This document shows, piece by piece, positions 42,214-51,917 of a stretch of DNA of 64,000 bases. This stretch comes from Blastocatellia bacterium. Lineage in GTDB: Bacteria; Acidobacteriota; Blastocatellia; UBA7656. The stretch's first letter is position 1; each line of letters opens with the position of its first letter. A model generated the notes under the pieces. It saw only the letters and a list, made by a program, of their open reading frames with translations. It had not been told where the DNA came from and did not search any database. A program made the position numbers and the translations under genes. The DNA is taken from the NCBI GenBank assembly GCA_963765495.1, contig CAVXWP010000015.1, positions 124,115 through 188,114 of the forward strand, in the 5' to 3' direction.

Positions 42214-43359
42214 ATGAAGATACTCGTACTGGGCGCGGGCCGAATGGGATTTGGCGCGGCCTATGACCTCATTCACAATTCGGGCGTGGACGCGGTCACC
42301 GTGGCCGATGTCGAAGTCGATCGCGCTACCGAAGTGGCCAAAAAAATCGGAGGCGACAGAATTACCCCTCGACAGATAGATGTGTCGGATTACGATCAGA
42401 CAATCGAGTTGATGCGCGGGCACGACGCGGCGATCAGTTGCGTGGTCTATCACTACAACCTGCAACTGGCCCGCGCGGCAGTCGAAGCCCGGGTGAGTTT
42501 TTGCGACCTCGGAGGCAATAACGCGGTCGTCGCCTCCGAGCTTGATCTTGATGAAGCGGCGCGGGCGGCAGGGATAAATATAATACCCGATTGCGGGCTG
42601 GCTCCGGGGATGGTATCGGTGCTCGTAGCTCACGGCGCGGCGCGATTCGACCGGCTCGAAGCCGTTCACATCCGCGTAGGCGGATTGCCTCAAACGCCTG
42701 AGCCGCCGTTGAATTATCAGATGGTTTTTTCCGTCGAGGGCTTGATAAACGAATATGTGGAGCGCGCTCGCGTGATTCGCGGCGGTCAGATAATCGAGGT
42801 CGATTCCATGACGGAAATCGAGTCGCTGGAATTCCCCCCGCCTTACGGACGCATGGAAGCCTTCCAGACATCGGGCGGAACCTCTACGTTGCCTGAAACT
42901 TTTCTCGGTCGTCTGGACGAACTCGATTACAAAACGATTCGCTATCCGGGCCACTGCGAAAAATTCAAGCTCCTGATTGATCTGGGGCTTGCGACAAGCG
43001 AAGAGATAGAGATCGAATGCGTGCACCTCGCGCCACGCCGCGTGCTCGGAGAGATGCTTGTCAGGCGATTGCCCGCCGACGGCCCGGACGCGGTTCTAAT
43101 CCGCGTAGTCTTTCGCGGCGAGGCAAACGGCAAGCGGCAGACTCTCAGCTACGACATCATTGATTTATTTGATAAGAGCACGGGGTTGAGCGCGATGATG
43201 CGGACCACCGCATTTCCCGCCTCGATAATCGCGCAGATGATGGCGCGCGGCGACATAAAAGAGAAAGGCGCGATACCGCAGGAGCGATGCGTCCCGCCCG
43301 AAGCCTTTGTGCGGGCGCTTGCCGAGCGTAACATAAATATCGTTGAACGAACCGATTGA
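42214..43359 (+). CDS. Saccharopine / lysine 6-dehydrogenase family protein
   Basis: VLGAGRMG, DLGGN, DCGLAPG, VGGLP, YKTIRYPGH, AMMRTT. Confidence 0.9.
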   Translation: MKILVLGAGRMGFGAAYDLIHNSGVDAVTVADVEVDRATEVAKKIGGDRITPRQIDVSDYDQTIELMRGHDAAISCVVYHYNLQLARAAVEARVSFCDLGGNNAVVASELDLDEAARAAGINIIPDCGLAPGMVSVLVAHGAARFDRLEAVHIRVGGLPQTPEPPLNYQMVFSVEGLINEYVERARVIRGGQIIEVDSMTEIESLEFPPPYGRMEAFQTSGGTSTLPETFLGRLDELDYKTIRYPGHCEKFKLLIDLGLATSEEIEIECVHLAPRRVLGEMLVRRLPADGPDAVLIRVVFRGEANGKRQTLSYDIIDLFDKSTGLSAMMRTTAFPASIIAQMMARGDIKEKGAIPQERCVPPEAFVRALAERNINIVERTD

Positions 43360-43430
43360 CAGGATTAACAGGATTCGCGGCGGATTAAACATGATTCTCT
43401 TTGATCTTTTTAATCCTGTTAATCCTGTCA
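43357..43430. repeat. Family B inverted repeat; supplies the TGA stop
   Basis: tgacaggattaacaggatt ... aatcctgttaatcctgtca. Confidence 0.85.
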
Positions 43431-43474
43431 TAAAATAACCGGCGAAAGAAATTTGAGTTTCCAAGACAAAGCCG

Positions 43475-44182
43475 ATGCCTTTTCCTGAAGCTGCGCGAAT
43501 CGAACTCCCAATATTGCAGGAACTGGAAGCCACAGGCGGGAGCGATCAACTGCGATACCTCTATGACCGCCTTGTGCGCTACTTTCCGCAACTGACCGCC
43601 GACGACCTGGGCCGGACTACGTCTACCGGGCGGAGCCCGTGGCGCAACGTAGTGCAGCGCGCCGGTCGCCAGTTGATTGATAAAGGCGAATTGCGCCGCG
43701 ACGGCAACGCGTGGACGCTCACGGCTAAGGGCCGCCGCCGCGTAGAGGCCGAGGCTCTGCATTTGTCGTTTGACTCGACTCCTGTCGAAGATGTCGCGCG
43801 CGCAGTCTCGCACACCGAAGCGCAACAGATGCTTGTTGAGATAGGCCGGATGCTTGGCCGACACGCCGAAGCCGAGTTTGAATACTACGACGTAGTCTGG
43901 CGCGACAGCCCAATGGCTCCTCGCCTGAGCCACGTCTTTGAAGTGCAGGTAGCCGGTAGCGTAGACAGCGCGCTCACTCGATTAAAGCACGCTTATGACG
44001 CGCAACGGTCGCGCCCTTTTCTGGTGATTGCCGACGAGCGGGCGGCAAACTTCGCGGGCCGCCGACTGACAGGCTCGTTCCACGAAATCTGGGAAGAGGT
44101 AACGCTCATCGGCATGGGAGAATTGAAACGACTCTATGAGTCGCTCAAAGCGAACGATGAATTACTAAATAAAATAGTATAG
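43475..44182 (+). CDS. Mrr_N-like winged helix fused to a putative PD-(D/E)XK-type nuclease
   Basis: ELPILQEL..GG, WRNVVQRAGRQLIDKG..WTLTAKG (Mrr_N-like); EAEF-YDVVW-FEVQ catalytic-like pattern. Confidence 0.65.
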   Translation: MPFPEAARIELPILQELEATGGSDQLRYLYDRLVRYFPQLTADDLGRTTSTGRSPWRNVVQRAGRQLIDKGELRRDGNAWTLTAKGRRRVEAEALHLSFDSTPVEDVARAVSHTEAQQMLVEIGRMLGRHAEAEFEYYDVVWRDSPMAPRLSHVFEVQVAGSVDSALTRLKHAYDAQRSRPFLVIADERAANFAGRRLTGSFHEIWEEVTLIGMGELKRLYESLKANDELLNKIV

Positions 44183-44216
44183 CCACGGTTGATGTGAAGT
44201 AAGGTGGATATAACTT

Positions 44217-44261
44217 GATCCGCGAAAATCCGCCGCATCCGCGTCATCCGCGGCCTATTCC
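44217..44261. repeat. Family E (ATCCGC-based) repeat
   Basis: gatccgcgaaaatccgccgcatccgcgtcatccgcggcctatt. Confidence 0.65.
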
Positions 44262-44334
44262 CATTGACCAATTTTAGAAGTTTCGATTTACGAACAGAGG
44301 TTGCAAACAGAATAGCCCGGCCCCGTGAAAGCCC

Positions 44335-46866
44335 ATGTCTACACCGCTTCGCCGACAATATCTTGAGATCAAGCGCCGCTATCCGGGCATGATCCTTCTG
44401 TTTCAGATCGGCGATTTTTACGAGACTTTTGACGAAGACGCGCAGACGCTTGCGCGCGAGCTTGGCGTAGTCCTTACGCGCAAATGGTTTGGCAAAGGCA
44501 ACGCGCACCCGCTCGCGGGGATACCCGTTCGCTCGCTCGACAGCCATCTGGCCCGGCTCATCAATCGCGGGTACAAGGTGGCCGTGTGCGATCAGGTGAC
44601 GCCGCCGGGCAAGGGGCTGGTCGAGCGCGAAGTCGTCCGCATCATCACGCCCGGTACGGTCATTGACCCCGGCCTGCTCGAACGTCGCGCCAATAATTAT
44701 CTGGCGGGTATCTGTATAGGCGAACGCTCGGCCGGGCTTGCCTATGTAGACGTGAGCACGGGCGAATTTCGCGCAACCGAGCTTGATCGCTCGCAGGCCG
44801 AATCCGAGCTTGAGCGAATCGCGCCCGCCGAGCTTGTAGCGCCCGCGAGCCTCGATCTTTCATCCTTCGAAGCTCGCGCCATAACTCGATTGCCAGATGA
44901 GCAGACCGAATGGGAAGCGGCGCGGCGCGCCCTGCTCGATCATTTTCAGGTAGTGTCGCTCAAGGCATACGGGCTTGAAGATTGGCAGCTTGCCACGCGA
45001 GCGGCGGGCGCGGTCATCGCTTATTTGCGAGACACGCAGCCCGACGCGCTGGCGAATCTCAATCAGATTCAGAGTTACCGCGCGGATTCGAGCATGCAGC
45101 TTGATTCGCAGACGCTTCGCAACCTGGAAATATTTCAAAGCTGGGATTTCGCGGGCGGCGCGCCTACGGGGTCGCTCGTGGCGACCATTGATCTGACTCA
45201 GACGCCGATGGGCGGGCGGTTGCTTCGCCGCCGGTTGCGCCATCCTTTGCTCGATCTTGCCGAACTGCGCGCAAGGCTCGACGCCGTAGAGTGGTTTCAC
45301 AAACACGAATCTGCGCGCGAGCGTGTTCGCATTGCGCTCGATGATGTTCTCGACATTGAACGGGTGCTTGGCCGCGTTCGTCGTCGGCTGGCCGTACCTT
45401 ATGAAGTGATAACGCTCGGGCACAGCCTCAAAGGAGTGGCAAAGATTCGAGCCGCGCTTGAAGGCGAGCGAGCGCCCGAAGATTTTATCTCGCCGCTTGA
45501 GTCTTGCGCCGATTTAATCAAGTACATCGAGGGCGCGCTGTCGGATCGGCCTCCCACGAATTTCGAGCGCGGTGGAGTGATCCGCTCAAGCTTTTCATCC
45601 GAGCTTGATGAGTTGCGCTCTACGCTTATCGGGGGCCGACGCTTTATGGCGGAACTCGAAGAGCGCGAGCGCAAACGCACGGGCATACGCTCGCTCAAGG
45701 TGGGCTATAACAAGGTGTTCGGCTATTACATAGAAGTCACGCGGCCAAACCTGCGGCTCGTGCCAAACGATTACATCCGAAAGCAGACGCTTGCGAACGC
45801 CGAGCGATTTTTCACGCTCGAACTCAAAGAGCACGAATCGCTGATAGCCAACGCCCGCGAAAGCATCTTTGAACTTGAGACCTCGCTGTATAGGCAGGTG
45901 CTTAGTCACATCAGCCGCCATCACGAACGCATCAGCCGCGTAGCCGTCGGGCTTGCGCGGATTGATCTGAGCGCGGCGCTTGGCGAATACGCCGCGCTCA
46001 ACGGATACGTGCGGCCCGAGTTGCACGAAGGCGACGAGATAGAGATCGTAAACGGTCGCCACCCGATGATCGAACGCATGCTCGAAGGGCGCGAGTTTGT
46101 GGCTAATGATACGCGGCTGTCAGGCAGCGATATTCAGATAATGCTATTGACCGCGCCAAACATGGCGGGCAAATCGGTTTACCTGCGACAGGTTGCGCTG
46201 ATCTGTTTGCTCGCGCAGATAGGCAGCTACGTCCCGGCCGAATCTGCGCGGCTGCCGATGATTGATCGAGTGTTTACGCGCATAGGCTTGAACGACTACA
46301 CCCTGCGCGGCCATTCTAGTTTTATGATAGAGATGATCGAGACGGCGCACATCCTTCATCACGCGACCGTGCGGAGCCTTGTATTGCTCGATGAAATCGG
46401 GCGAGGCACATCCACTGCGGACGGCCTTTCGATAGCCCGCGCCGTGGTGGAATATCTGCATAATCAGCCGCGCCTGCGGGCCAAGACACTGTTTGCGACG
46501 CACTATCACGAACTGACCGATTGCGCCGATTACCTGCCACGCGTCAGGAATTTTCACGTAGCGGTCAGAGAGCGCCGGGGAAAAGTAGAGTACCTGCACA
46601 AGGTAAAAGAAGGCCGCGCAGAAAAGAGTTTTGGCATATACGTAGCGCAGCTTGCGGGCCTGCCGCGCCCGGTGCTACATCGCGCAAAGGAGTTGTTGAG
46701 CGAATACGACAGCGGGCAGAGCAAGAAAGAGCCGATCACAAAGAAGAAAGCCGCAAATCCGTTGATTGAAGCGTTGATGAGCCTCGATATAAACGAACTG
46801 AGTCCGGTTGAAGCATTGACAAAGCTCTATGATTTACAGCAACGCGCAAAGGATTTGGGTGAATGA
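44335..46866 (+). CDS. mutS: DNA mismatch repair protein MutS (MutS1 architecture, divergent ATPase motifs)
   Basis: GDFYETF, TPGT, TPMGGRLL, YNKVFGYYIEV, APNMAGKS, LDEIGRGTST, FATHYHEL. Confidence 0.93.
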   Translation: MSTPLRRQYLEIKRRYPGMILLFQIGDFYETFDEDAQTLARELGVVLTRKWFGKGNAHPLAGIPVRSLDSHLARLINRGYKVAVCDQVTPPGKGLVEREVVRIITPGTVIDPGLLERRANNYLAGICIGERSAGLAYVDVSTGEFRATELDRSQAESELERIAPAELVAPASLDLSSFEARAITRLPDEQTEWEAARRALLDHFQVVSLKAYGLEDWQLATRAAGAVIAYLRDTQPDALANLNQIQSYRADSSMQLDSQTLRNLEIFQSWDFAGGAPTGSLVATIDLTQTPMGGRLLRRRLRHPLLDLAELRARLDAVEWFHKHESARERVRIALDDVLDIERVLGRVRRRLAVPYEVITLGHSLKGVAKIRAALEGERAPEDFISPLESCADLIKYIEGALSDRPPTNFERGGVIRSSFSSELDELRSTLIGGRRFMAELEERERKRTGIRSLKVGYNKVFGYYIEVTRPNLRLVPNDYIRKQTLANAERFFTLELKEHESLIANARESIFELETSLYRQVLSHISRHHERISRVAVGLARIDLSAALGEYAALNGYVRPELHEGDEIEIVNGRHPMIERMLEGREFVANDTRLSGSDIQIMLLTAPNMAGKSVYLRQVALICLLAQIGSYVPAESARLPMIDRVFTRIGLNDYTLRGHSSFMIEMIETAHILHHATVRSLVLLDEIGRGTSTADGLSIARAVVEYLHNQPRLRAKTLFATHYHELTDCADYLPRVRNFHVAVRERRGKVEYLHKVKEGRAEKSFGIYVAQLAGLPRPVLHRAKELLSEYDSGQSKKEPITKKKAANPLIEALMSLDINELSPVEALTKLYDLQQRAKDLGE

Positions 46867-46880
46867 ACAGATGGACCAAC

Positions 46881-47450
46881 CTACTTGCGGGGTTCCTCTT
46901 CATCATCTGGAAACAAGTCGTCAACCGGCATCGCCCAACCTTTCACCGCTTCTCCAGCGTCTGCGATGTCTCCATGATGAAAGATGATTGGATTGTCAGG
47001 ATCGCTGGAATGGTAAGACCTGATCACTTCTGGACTAAGTAAATCCACATCCCACAGACAGAGAGTGCCGGCCGCAAAATAGTCCTTTCGCTTTTCAGCT
47101 ATACGCTTTTCTGCGACTGGACCATAATCGCTTTCGCTTCTTACCTCTACGGCAAATATGGGCGCGCGATCAAAGAATTTCATTCCCCTTGATGGCCCGA
47201 TGTAATAAGCTGCATCCGGGCTAAGTGAATTGCGGTGAGGAAGATTCACTTTGAAACCCGCATTGTCGGTAACCGCGCGGCCCTTACCTGTACTGCGCGA
47301 GTGGTGACGTAAGCTGGCGAAAATCTCTCCTGCTGCATAGTTGGGCACATCTCCTGTTGGTGACATTAAAACAAGTTCTCCATCAACAATTTCCGCTTTA
47401 CCTGGCGCATGGTAGAGGTCATCAATAGTAGCTCTTGCTTTGGTAGTCAT
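46881..47450 (-). CDS. Uma2 family endonuclease (DUF820)
   Basis: KAEIVDGELVLMSP, SPDAAY, APIFAVEVRS, KRKDYFAAG. Confidence 0.9.
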   Translation of the reverse strand: MTTKARATIDDLYHAPGKAEIVDGELVLMSPTGDVPNYAAGEIFASLRHHSRSTGKGRAVTDNAGFKVNLPHRNSLSPDAAYYIGPSRGMKFFDRAPIFAVEVRSESDYGPVAEKRIAEKRKDYFAAGTLCLWDVDLLSPEVIRSYHSSDPDNPIIFHHGDIADAGEAVKGWAMPVDDLFPDDEEEPRK

Positions 47451-47532
47451 AATAGAACCTCAAGGTCACATTTTAGCATATCAACCGAGTGACGGAAGAC
47501 CCTTACACTCCCCCGATTGCCGATGAATTTCG

Positions 47533-49680
47533 TCATACACCCTCCCCGCGCCATTCATCCAGTTGTTCGCGCGCATTGGCGGCGTAGGGGCTTTCGATCT
47601 GCTCGTATATTTCCAACGCAGCTTCCGTATCGGCAATAGCCTGAACACGGTTGCCTAGTTTTTTGAGTTCCTGGCTCTTGTTAAAGAGCGCATTGCCTTC
47701 ACCACGCCTGTCACCAATCTCGCGAGTTATGACCAACTGTTGCTCGTAGAAGTCGATAGCGCGGCGGGTCTCGCCCAAAGCTGCGTATGCAAGGCCCATG
47801 TTGCCCAGTATCATGCCTTCATTGCTTCGGTCTTTTAATTGCCGGGCGGCATTCAGCCCGGCTTCATACCAATTGATTTTCTCTCTCGGATGCTGGCGCA
47901 GGTCGAGCAGATATACGCCTGCCAAAGGGTAATCGCTACAATAACGGGCTGCCGCGTCATCTTCGTCAGTCTGCGATTCGGACCACGCCTGTCCTGCTTG
48001 AATGTTACTCCATTCAAGATCAAACATGGCCATTCCTTGCCTGAGCGATTCCCCACCCTGCTTATAAAGCTCATTGGTTTTTCTCAAAACACTCAAATAA
48101 TGCCCGGCGTGACGTTTCACGCAAGCGAGGCTCTCTTCTTCTTCCAAGCGTTTTTTCGCAAACAGGCGCATCAGGTCGTGCAGGCGATAACGCTTTGTTT
48201 CTTTGTCGTAAAGCACGAGACTGCGCCGCAATAAATCAGTCAGATTTTTGTGGCCCGCGTCTTCGCATATTGCCTCTTCCGCTGCCGCGTCGAATGTACC
48301 GGGAAAGATTGCCAGACAGTGAAATATTCGTGCTGAATCAGCCGATAATCGCGCATAGCTCAAGTTGAAAGATGCTTCTACGCTTCTGTCTACGCCTGTT
48401 TCCCCGATTAGCTCAAGCCGCGCCCGCTCATCTTCCAGTTGCTTTGCGTAATCATCAGGGTCTAAATCCTCGGTCACGGCGAGCAGGCTTCCGGCTGCGC
48501 GAATGGCCAGAGGCAGATAGCCGCACAGGTAACATATCCGGTCTGCAATCTCTGGCTCTATTCCCGGCGCGATTTCCGTCAGCAAATCTCGCGCTTCAAC
48601 CGGGCTGAGTTGTTCGAGCCGTATGCGCTTCATCCCCGGCAAGGCTATCGCCTCGCGTGAAGTCACAAGCAGCGCGCAACCAGCAGGCGGCAGGAAAGGC
48701 CGCGCCTGTTTATCCTCCGCCGCGTTGTCGAGCAGTATCAAAACGCGCTTGCCGTTCAATTCGTTTCGATAAAGCGTGGTGAGTGTTTCCACATCGTCGG
48801 GCAGTCTCGTTTCAAGCCCTTCGAATGCGCGAATGCACGATGCGAGCGCATCTGTCGAATCGCGCGGATTGTCGGCAGTGCCGCGCATCTCGATCAATAA
48901 TTGCGCGTCGGGAAAATCTCCGCGAAGCTGTTCGGCTACATACAAGGCAAGCTCGGTTTTGCCTATGCCGCCCATGCCGCTTATGCCGCTGATACCGGCG
49001 CTGCCTCCGTTGCGGAGCATCTCTTTCAACTCGGCTATTTCTTTTTCACGGCCTACGAAATCGCCTACCGGGGCGCGCAACTGATAAAGAGCGCGGATTC
49101 GCTCGATAGTGCTCAACAGGTGAGTGGGCAACTCCTTTTCGAGCGCGTCTCGATCTTTGACCGAGGCAAGCAGGGATTGTGCTCTGGCGGGAGAGGCTTC
49201 GCCACGGCTTACGCGTTCAAGCTCTGGAATCAGGTAATCATCAATATACCAGCGATACAAATCGCCTATCACGCGGGCTTCCAGATTATCAGTGTTGTTA
49301 AATTCAGTAACCGTGTGATTGCGCCTCAACTCTTCTTTCAAAGCATTCAGTCGAGTCGGATTATCGCTCCATTTCTCATCACAGGCATCATCTTTCTTGA
49401 AATAGATATAGCAGGGCAATTCACGCTTTCGTGCCCTGTGGTACTCGGCCTCGGTGATGCCTGAACCGTAGCGGTTGCCGAATATGCCTACATAGACGTG
49501 GCTTTTATCCACCGCATCGAGCGAAGCGTCATGCGTAGTCTTGTCGCGGCTGCCGAAATATTCCATGCCTGAGAATTTTGTTTCTCTGATCCGATGGACA
49601 GCCGTTTCCACAGCTTTACGCTCTGGCTGCAAGTCGAGCGACGTGGAACTGACGAAGACATAAAGCGGCGGTGATGACAC
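47533..49680 (-). CDS. DUF4062 + NB-ARC (STAND NTPase) + TPR protein (NLR-like)
   Basis: VFVSSTSLDLQPER, GMEYFG, RYGSGITEAEY (DUF4062); GMGGIGKT, LLDNA, VTSR, GYLPLAI, YRLHDL; TPR-like GNMGLAYAALGE. Confidence 0.88.
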   Translation of the reverse strand: MSSPPLYVFVSSTSLDLQPERKAVETAVHRIRETKFSGMEYFGSRDKTTHDASLDAVDKSHVYVGIFGNRYGSGITEAEYHRARKRELPCYIYFKKDDACDEKWSDNPTRLNALKEELRRNHTVTEFNNTDNLEARVIGDLYRWYIDDYLIPELERVSRGEASPARAQSLLASVKDRDALEKELPTHLLSTIERIRALYQLRAPVGDFVGREKEIAELKEMLRNGGSAGISGISGMGGIGKTELALYVAEQLRGDFPDAQLLIEMRGTADNPRDSTDALASCIRAFEGLETRLPDDVETLTTLYRNELNGKRVLILLDNAAEDKQARPFLPPAGCALLVTSREAIALPGMKRIRLEQLSPVEARDLLTEIAPGIEPEIADRICYLCGYLPLAIRAAGSLLAVTEDLDPDDYAKQLEDERARLELIGETGVDRSVEASFNLSYARLSADSARIFHCLAIFPGTFDAAAEEAICEDAGHKNLTDLLRRSLVLYDKETKRYRLHDLMRLFAKKRLEEEESLACVKRHAGHYLSVLRKTNELYKQGGESLRQGMAMFDLEWSNIQAGQAWSESQTDEDDAAARYCSDYPLAGVYLLDLRQHPREKINWYEAGLNAARQLKDRSNEGMILGNMGLAYAALGETRRAIDFYEQQLVITREIGDRRGEGNALFNKSQELKKLGNRVQAIADTEAALEIYEQIESPYAANAREQLDEWRGEGV

Positions 49681-49806
49681 GAATGCTCCTGTGAAACGGG
49701 CGATCAGGCTAAAGCTTTATTACACTATCGGGCGCAGGAAATAAGTAACCGGAATGACGTTTGGATGTCAAGCAAGTCAGGCAAACGGCGGGGAAGAGAA
49801 GAGCTT

Positions 49807-49885
49807 TTTGACAGGATTGACAGGATTTCAAAAGATAAACAGGCAATCCCGGTCAATCCTTCAAAATCCTGTTAATCCTGTCAAA
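49807..49885. repeat. Family B inverted repeat
   Basis: ttgacaggattgacaggatt ... aatcctgttaatcctgtcaa. Confidence 0.85.
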
Positions 49886-49938
49886 GTTTTGGCAATGCGG
49901 GGCGATATGCTATCTTAGAACCGAGTTGAGCGGGGAAT

Positions 49939-51888
49939 ATGCGACTAGCGAGACTTATCACAGTGGGGCTTGCGATCTGTCTGTTGCTTAACGGCAACAC
50001 GCGAGCCGATTCAGCGCCCGAATGGGTTCAGGCTGTCTTGCAGGCTTCTCCGCAGAGCTTCGATAAGGGCGAGCCGTTTATAGTCTTGCTCGATGAGCGA
50101 ATCACCACGGTCAAGAGCGACGGGCGGGCCGAGACGAGGTCTCGATATGTCTTGCGGGTGCTGACCGAAGAGGGGCGCGCCGCCGCCCGGCGCGAGATTC
50201 AATACGACAGCCAGACCCGAATAAGCGATCTGCAAGCGTGGCACATCCGCGCCGATGATAAGGTGTTCAAACTCGGAAGCCGCAATGCCATCGAAGAATC
50301 TATAACCGATGATCTCTACAGCGAAATCCGTTCCAAGGTCATGCGCTTTCAGGCGGTAGACATTGGTTCGGTAGTCGCTTTCGAATGGGTGCAGAAAGAA
50401 AAGCCTCTGGTCAATCAGGATTATCATTTCTTCCAGACCCGGTCGCCTGTCGTTGCTTCCAGGTATCAACTGAATCTGCCCGAAGGATGGCGCGTCGAAT
50501 CCCGCGTATTCAATCACGCGCCTGTTACTCCGGTCGTGGACGGCAACAGCTATACGTGGGAAGTGCGCGACCTGCCCTCGCTCAAAGAAGAGACCGACAT
50601 GCCTGATCTGACGGGGCTTTTGCCCTACCTGGCCGTGGCGTATTATCCGCCCGGAGGGCCTGCCGCAAGTGGGAATATCTCTTCCTGGCAGGACGTGTCG
50701 AGATGGACCGAGCAGTTGATAGATGACCGCAATAGCCCTAATGAAGCCATCATCTCGAAGGCCAGAGAGTTGACCACCGGACTGGAATCGGATTTCGATA
50801 AAGCGCAGGCGATCTCTCGATGGGTGCAAAAAAACATCAGGTATGTCTCTATACAACTCGGCGTGATCGGTGGTTATCGCCCCAACCCGGCGAGTGTGGT
50901 CTTTAAGAAAGGCTACGGCGATTGCAAGGACAAGGCTGCGCTCTTGCAGGCGATGCTCGGGTCGGCAGGGATAAAGTCTTACATGGTGCTGGTCTATTCG
51001 GGCGACCCCACAAGGGTGAGGCCGGAGTTTCCGTCTCCGCTGCAATTCAATCACGCCATAGTCGCAATTGCCTTGAACCGGGACACGCAAAGCATGTTGG
51101 ATTCTTCGGGGCTGGGCCGTCTGCTGTTATTCGACCCGACCGATAGCGTCACACCTCTGGGCGATTTGCCGTTTTATCTTCAAGGAGGGTATGGCCTCGT
51201 TGTCAACGGCGATTCGGGCGACCTCTTTCGCCTTCCTGTAAGTTCCGAATCAGCCAACTCGGTGCGGCGCGAATTGAATGCGCAGATACAGGATACGGGT
51301 GAGGTGACGGTTGAAGTGAAAGAGACGGCCACCGGACAGATGGCTTCGCTTGCGCGGCGGCGAATCTCGATGTCAAACGCCGATCAGTATGCAAAGGAGA
51401 TGTCGTCACGCGTGGCCCGCGATATTCCCGGCGCAACGCTCAGCGATTTGAAGATCAATAGAGATGCCGACCCCGGCGACCCCTTGACTCTGCAATACAC
51501 GGTCAGAGCCGATCATTACGGCAATCGACTGGGCCGCCTTTTTGTGCTGAGACCGATATTATTATGGGTGCAGGATCACCCTACCTTTACTAAACCCGAC
51601 CGGGAGTACCCCGTCCTGTTCGATATGAAATCGACCAGAGAAGATATGATAGAGATAGCCCTGCCTCACGGATTCAAGATTGATGAGCTACCGCCCGACG
51701 TTGATCTTAAAGAGGGTTTCGGACAGTTCAAGCTCGAATACAAAGTGAGCGGGGATCAAGTAGTAGTTCACAGGTGGCTGGCTATAACCCGGCAACTGGC
51801 CCCGGCCTCGGATTACGGCGATATAAAGAAATTCTTTGATGCGGCGCAGGCGGCTTCACAATCGAGCCTGGTTCTGGCCGGACGGTGA
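49939..51888 (+). CDS. DUF3857 + transglutaminase-like + DUF3858-type exported protein
   Basis: WVQKNIRYV, GYGDCKDKA (Cys), FNHAI (His), FDPT (Asp); signal peptide. Confidence 0.88.
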   Translation: MRLARLITVGLAICLLLNGNTRADSAPEWVQAVLQASPQSFDKGEPFIVLLDERITTVKSDGRAETRSRYVLRVLTEEGRAAARREIQYDSQTRISDLQAWHIRADDKVFKLGSRNAIEESITDDLYSEIRSKVMRFQAVDIGSVVAFEWVQKEKPLVNQDYHFFQTRSPVVASRYQLNLPEGWRVESRVFNHAPVTPVVDGNSYTWEVRDLPSLKEETDMPDLTGLLPYLAVAYYPPGGPAASGNISSWQDVSRWTEQLIDDRNSPNEAIISKARELTTGLESDFDKAQAISRWVQKNIRYVSIQLGVIGGYRPNPASVVFKKGYGDCKDKAALLQAMLGSAGIKSYMVLVYSGDPTRVRPEFPSPLQFNHAIVAIALNRDTQSMLDSSGLGRLLLFDPTDSVTPLGDLPFYLQGGYGLVVNGDSGDLFRLPVSSESANSVRRELNAQIQDTGEVTVEVKETATGQMASLARRRISMSNADQYAKEMSSRVARDIPGATLSDLKINRDADPGDPLTLQYTVRADHYGNRLGRLFVLRPILLWVQDHPTFTKPDREYPVLFDMKSTREDMIEIALPHGFKIDELPPDVDLKEGFGQFKLEYKVSGDQVVVHRWLAITRQLAPASDYGDIKKFFDAAQAASQSSLVLAGR

Positions 51889-51917
51889 ATGAATTTGGAG
51901 AAGCGCAGAGACCGCTC

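Noticed and set aside
1645-49885. CRISPR array interpretation of the intergenic repeats
   Set aside because: Repeats are inverted 7-9-mer arrays, one unit per locus, with no direct repeat-spacer series and no cas genes
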